Shown: one piece after another, positions 59,563 through 64,000 of the stretch
Position numbering within the stretch: position 1 is the stretch's first letter
Layout: the number at the start of each line of letters is the position of its first letter
Assembly (NCBI GenBank): GCA_038087875.1
Contig: CM075998.1
Location: forward strand, 5,024,001 to 5,088,000
DNA from: Malacoraja senta
Lineage: Eukaryota
Reading direction: 5' to 3'
Length of the DNA stretch: 64,000 nt
Made by a program: the position numbers and the translations under genes
The notes under the pieces: model-generated
Databases searched by the model: none
Seen by the model: only the letters and a program-made list of their open reading frames with translations
What the model was told of the DNA's origin: nothing

Positions 59563-60254
59563 CACAGCGCCAGAGACCCGGGTTCCATCCCGACTACGGG
59601 CGCTGTCTGTACGGAGTTTGTACGTTCTCCCCTGTGACCTGCGTGGGTTTTCTCCGGGTGCTCCGGTTTCCTCTCACACTCCAAAGACGTGCAGGTTTGT
59701 AGATATATATCTACGTATATCTTCTATCTATATTTAAAACGGTGTGTGTGTCTGCCTGTCTGTGTGTGTGTGTGTGTTTCTGCCTGTCTAGAGGGTGCCA
59801 GCCTTCCTTTGATTCCTTGCTACGCCAACACCACACGCAGAAACGCCGAGATTTTTTCCATTTCGGTAGAGATTTCACTTTTCATTCCAAGTATCCACTC
59901 CTGAATATATATATGTATACTGTATACTGTATACATGATGATATGATGCAAAGATCATAGAGGAGAGCTCTATGATGTGATGTGACTTGTATTAAACTTT
60001 AACCAAATCGACTTTTCAACTGTGGCTTGAGATTTACTTGCATGAGTCAGAACACAATGTGCAGGATTAAAAGTCTTTGCTAACTTGTAACAGATTTGTA
60101 AATACATTACTGAAATAACTTATTCTTTCATGAATTGTTACTGACCTTGTTACATTCTTGCAAAATATAATCATAGCAACACAAACTATTCTTTCACGTC
60201 TCTCAATACTGCTGCAAACTACTTAATTTACATTGAGTTACTCTGAAGGGCATT

Positions 60255-60903
60255 CAATAGACAATAGGTGCAGGAGTAGGCCATTTGGCCCTTCGAGCCA
60301 GCACCGCCATTCAATGTGATCATGGCTGATCATCCCCAATCAGTACCCCGTTCCTGCCTCCTCCCCATATCCCCTGACTCCGCTATCTTTAAGAGCCCTA
60401 TCTAGCTCTCTCTTGAAAGCATCCAGAGAACCGGCCTCCACCTGAGGCAGAGAATTCCACAGACTCACCACTCTCTGTGAGAAAAAGTGTTTCCTCATCT
60501 CCGTTCTAAATGGCTTACTCCTTATTCTTAAACTGTGGCCCCTGGTTCTGGACTCCCCCAACATCGGGAACATGTTTCCTGCCTCTAGTGTGTCCAAGCC
60601 CTTAACAATCTTATATGTTTCAATAAGATGCCCTCTCATCCTTCTAAATTCCAGAGTATACAAGCCCAGCCGCTCCATTCTCTGAGCACATGACAGTCCC
60701 ACCATCCCGGGAATTAACCTGGTGAACCTACGCTGCACTCCCTCAATAGCAAGAATGTCCTTCCTCAAATTAGGGGACCAAAACTGCACACAATACTCCA
60801 GATGTGGTCTCAATAGGGCCCTGTACAACTGCAGAAGGACCTCTTTGCTCCTATATTCGACACCACTTGTTATAAAGGCCAACATACCGTTCGCTTTCTT
60901 CAC
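60255..60903 (-). mobile_element. CR1 LINE 3' fragment
   Basis: ORF 60340-60903, [25 protein letters not shown]. Confidence 0.9.
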
Positions 60904-61554
60904 TGGCTGCTGTGTTCTTGCACGGGAATATCTGCTGCCTGTACAACAAAATCAGAACCCTTTTCCCCGGGATGGAAACATCAAAGCTGGAAGGTGAGAG
61001 GGACAAAGATTACAGGAGGTGTATGGTGTGCAGCCAGGGGTGGTGGTGGAGGCAGATTCGACAGTGGCATATAAGAGACCTTTAGATAGGCACTTGGATA
61101 TGGAGGGATATGGATTATGTGCAGGCAGATAAGAGTTGGTCTTAGAGTCAGAGTGATTCAGCGTGGAAACAGGCCCTTCGAACCAACTTGTCAACACATG
61201 TCCCATCTATACCAGCCCCACCTGCACACATTTGGTCCATATCCCTCCAAACCTGTCCTATCAATGTACCTGTCTAACTATTTCTAATATGTTGGGATCG
61301 TCCCAGCCTCAACTACCTCCTCTGCCAGCTTGTTCCATACACCCACCACCCCTTGTGAGAAAAAGCTACCCCTCAGATTCCTACTAAATCTTTTCCCCTT
61401 CACCTTAAAATTTTTTCCCCCTTCACCTTAAAGCTGTAAGTCATGGTCATGGCATCATGTTCGGCACGGACATTGTGGGCCGAAGGGCCTGTGCTGTACT
61501 GTTGTACATTCTCACATACACATAACACTCACACTCACACACATACACTCACAC

Positions 61555-62125
61555 ACACCGGCGGGAGGGTGTGGGTCATTTTCCCACACTAGCCATAGGT
61601 GACTGGGCAATCTGAACCCAAGCACCAAGTTGTAAGCGGCCGAAGGTGCGCATCCCTCGGGACAGCCCCCACTCTCCCACGGCCACCCTCCGTGGGCTGC
61701 GGGTCGGGTGGAGCGGAGGTGTGGGACAATGTTCATCCCTCCACAGTGATGTGATGGACACGGGGGTCTGGACCAATCGCTGAAAAGTCCCCCCCCCCGG
61801 CAACGTCATGTCTGTTATTTGACTTTTCTGTTGAGCGGCATTCAATCCGTTGGCTTGTAGGCGACGCCGCCTTTCGGGTAAGTGGCGTTTCAGCAGAGCG
61901 GCCATTCGGTGAGTTTGCTTTTAGGCGACGCAGCCTTTCGATTAGTTGGCTTTTAGGCGTCCCGCCCTTTCGGTTCGTTGGCATTTAGGCGTCCCAACCT
62001 TTCGGTTAGTTGACGTTTCAGCTTTGTTTCCATTCGGTTATTTGGCGTTTCGGCTTCGTTTCCATTCGGTTATTCGGCTTCCACTTCTTTGCTTCGGCTT
62101 CTCGTCCGTCGGTGCCACGTCCGGG
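61555..62125. repeat. Unclassified interspersed element with a 16-bp periodic array (second copy 16175-16497)
   Basis: Two near-identical copies share TGTCTGTTATTTGAC..GCCTTTCGGGTAAGTGGCGTTTC..GCCACGTCCG. Confidence 0.7.
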
Positions 62126-62789
62126 TACTGAGAAGAATTATCAACCAGATTTCATGCAATAGATATGTTGAATGTCACTGTTGTTGGATGCTATTGCCTT
62201 GCAGTGTTGTTTTAAATTTAGTTGTCAAATGAACTTTTTAAAGCAAATTTCTGTTTAATATGAGTTCATAAAGCAGAGGAGCAGAATGAGGTCATTCGGC
62301 CCATTTGGGCGGCATGGTGGCGCAGCGGTAGAGTTGCTGCCTGACGGCATCAGAAACCCGAGTTTGATCCTGACCACAAGTGCTGTCTGTACGGAGTTTG
62401 TGCGTTCTCCCCGTGACCTGCGTGGGTTTTCTCTGGGTGCTCCGGTTTCCTCCCACACTCTAATGGGGTACAGGTTTGTAGGTTAATTGGCTTCTGTAAA
62501 TTGTAAATTGTCCCCGGTGTGTAGGATAGTGCTGGTGTACGGGGTGATCGCTGGTCTGTGTGGTCTCGATGGGCCGAAGGGCCTGTTTCTACGCTGTATC
62601 TCTAAAGTCTAAAGTATAGAGTCTACTCCGCTATTCAAACCTGACTGATCTATCTTTCCCTCTCAATCCCATTCTCCTGCCTTCTCCCTGTAACCTTTGA
62701 CACCCGTACTAAGTTAATCTCCATTTTAAAATTACCCACTGACTTGGCCTCCACAGCCATCTGTGGCCATGAATTCCACAGATTCACCA

Positions 62790-63453
62790 CGCGTGCTCAA
62801 GCTGGAGCCGCTCCCACCACACCAAACTGGTTGACACAGCCCTCAATGACACCTGCCGCATTATCACGGGATGCATCAAGACAACGCCAGTCCCGTGCCT
62901 CTACGCCCCAGCTGGTATTGCCCCCCCCCCCCCATATCAGACGATCCATCGTCGCCCAAGACGAGCGGAGAGCACAGGAGATCGATACCAGGCACCCCCT
63001 GCACGGACACACAGCACCTCCACCCCGACTGAAATCCAGAGCCAGTTTCTTGCGGACAGTCCCACCTCTCCAGACAACCAAAGAAACAGCAAGGACCAAC
63101 ATCTGGAAAGATGAATGCAACCAGCTCAACACACGAGCCCACGACTGGATGGAGAGAGGAATCACTCCGACTGAATGCACGACCTCCCATGGCCAACCTG
63201 GAAGACCCTCAACAGATTACGAGTGGAGCAGGGGAGGTGTAAAGCACTTATGAAAGCATGGAACTACCAGGCAGAAGACACATGCGGCTGTGGAGCGGTA
63301 CAGACAATGTCCCGCCTACTGGAGTGTGACGACGCCCCCCCCCCCCCCCCCAGTGCAGCCCCCAGGACCTGGCTGAACCGACTCGACCAGCTGTGACCTG
63401 CGCCAGATACTGGCAGAACGACATCTGAGATTGCAACGGCCTCGAAGAAGAAG
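62790..63453 (+). mobile_element. Vingi/Ingi-related LINE 3' end
   Basis: TKLVDTALNDTCRIITGCIK..PPHIRR..HPLHGH..RLKSR..WKTLNRLR..CGCGAVQTM..C, with a (GAA)n tail. Inserted into a CR1 fragment with CCAC duplicated. Confidence 0.65.
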
Positions 63454-64000
63454 ACCACCCTCTGGCTAAAGAAATGCTTCCTCATCTCCTCTGCAAAGGT
63501 ACTTCCACTAAGGGGACTGATTATTTTTCGTATGCCCAGTTCATTAGGTGTTTAGTTGAGATTCATTTTATTGCTTTGGAATAAATTTGGCAAAACGACA
63601 ATCACTTTTTAAATAAACAAAAATGATGATAGATTGAGTTCCTCCTTTAAATAGGAGGCTTCTCCTCCAGAAATTGGGCACGATGCTATCAAACTATTTA
63701 ACTATTAACTACAAACTATAAACGGACTTTGTCCCCTGCCAAAGTATCGTGCACCAACCACCAACCTGGACACACTGCAGCAGAGCCACTGTCGTGCCGC
63801 TGCCGATCGGAACGCCTGTTGATGTTTAGTAGAGTAGAGTGTTAATTTGTTCATGATATTTGTATTTTTACTTCTATTTATTTTTTACTGCACACACTGA
63901 AATGGACACTGGTTGAGGAACGTTTTTTTGTTTCCTCTGGGTATGCGAATACTCAGGAAATGACAATAAAGATATACAAACAATACAATACAATAACTAT

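Noticed and set aside
59203..59737. YI/HT-repeat ORFs
   Set aside because: They are translations of the TA/CA microsatellite.

Overview
Eukaryotic, repeat-dense vertebrate DNA. The repeat families (HE1/V-SINE-like tRNA SINEs, many CR1 LINEs, Penelope, Rex1/Babar) point to a cartilaginous fish, probably a skate or ray (inference). Two host genes face each other. A two-exon METTL7A/TMT1A-like SAM-dependent thiol methyltransferase lies on + (1552-2046, 13439-13674). The large coding exon of a fidgetin-family AAA ATPase, most like FIGNL2, lies on - (50438-48262). Both carry single-base frameshifts as assembled, more likely consensus errors than true decay. The rest is mostly transposon-derived: a full-length IR/DR Tc1 with an open DD34E transposase ORF, a decayed hAT, Harbinger-type and hAT-type MITEs, a Vingi-like LINE end, and many Penelope derivatives. 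The most unusual structure is a family of small Penelope-terminus fold-back elements. They carry hammerhead-ribozyme core sequences, insert with 10-15 bp target-site duplications, and spawn 34-bp and 66-bp minisatellite arrays anchored on the GAAACGT(C/T) motif. There is also a candidate unannotated spliced minus-strand transcript at about 21.2-21.5 kb and a 200-N gap at 54489-54688. Repeat boundaries were read by eye and are approximate unless a TSD or TIR is quoted.
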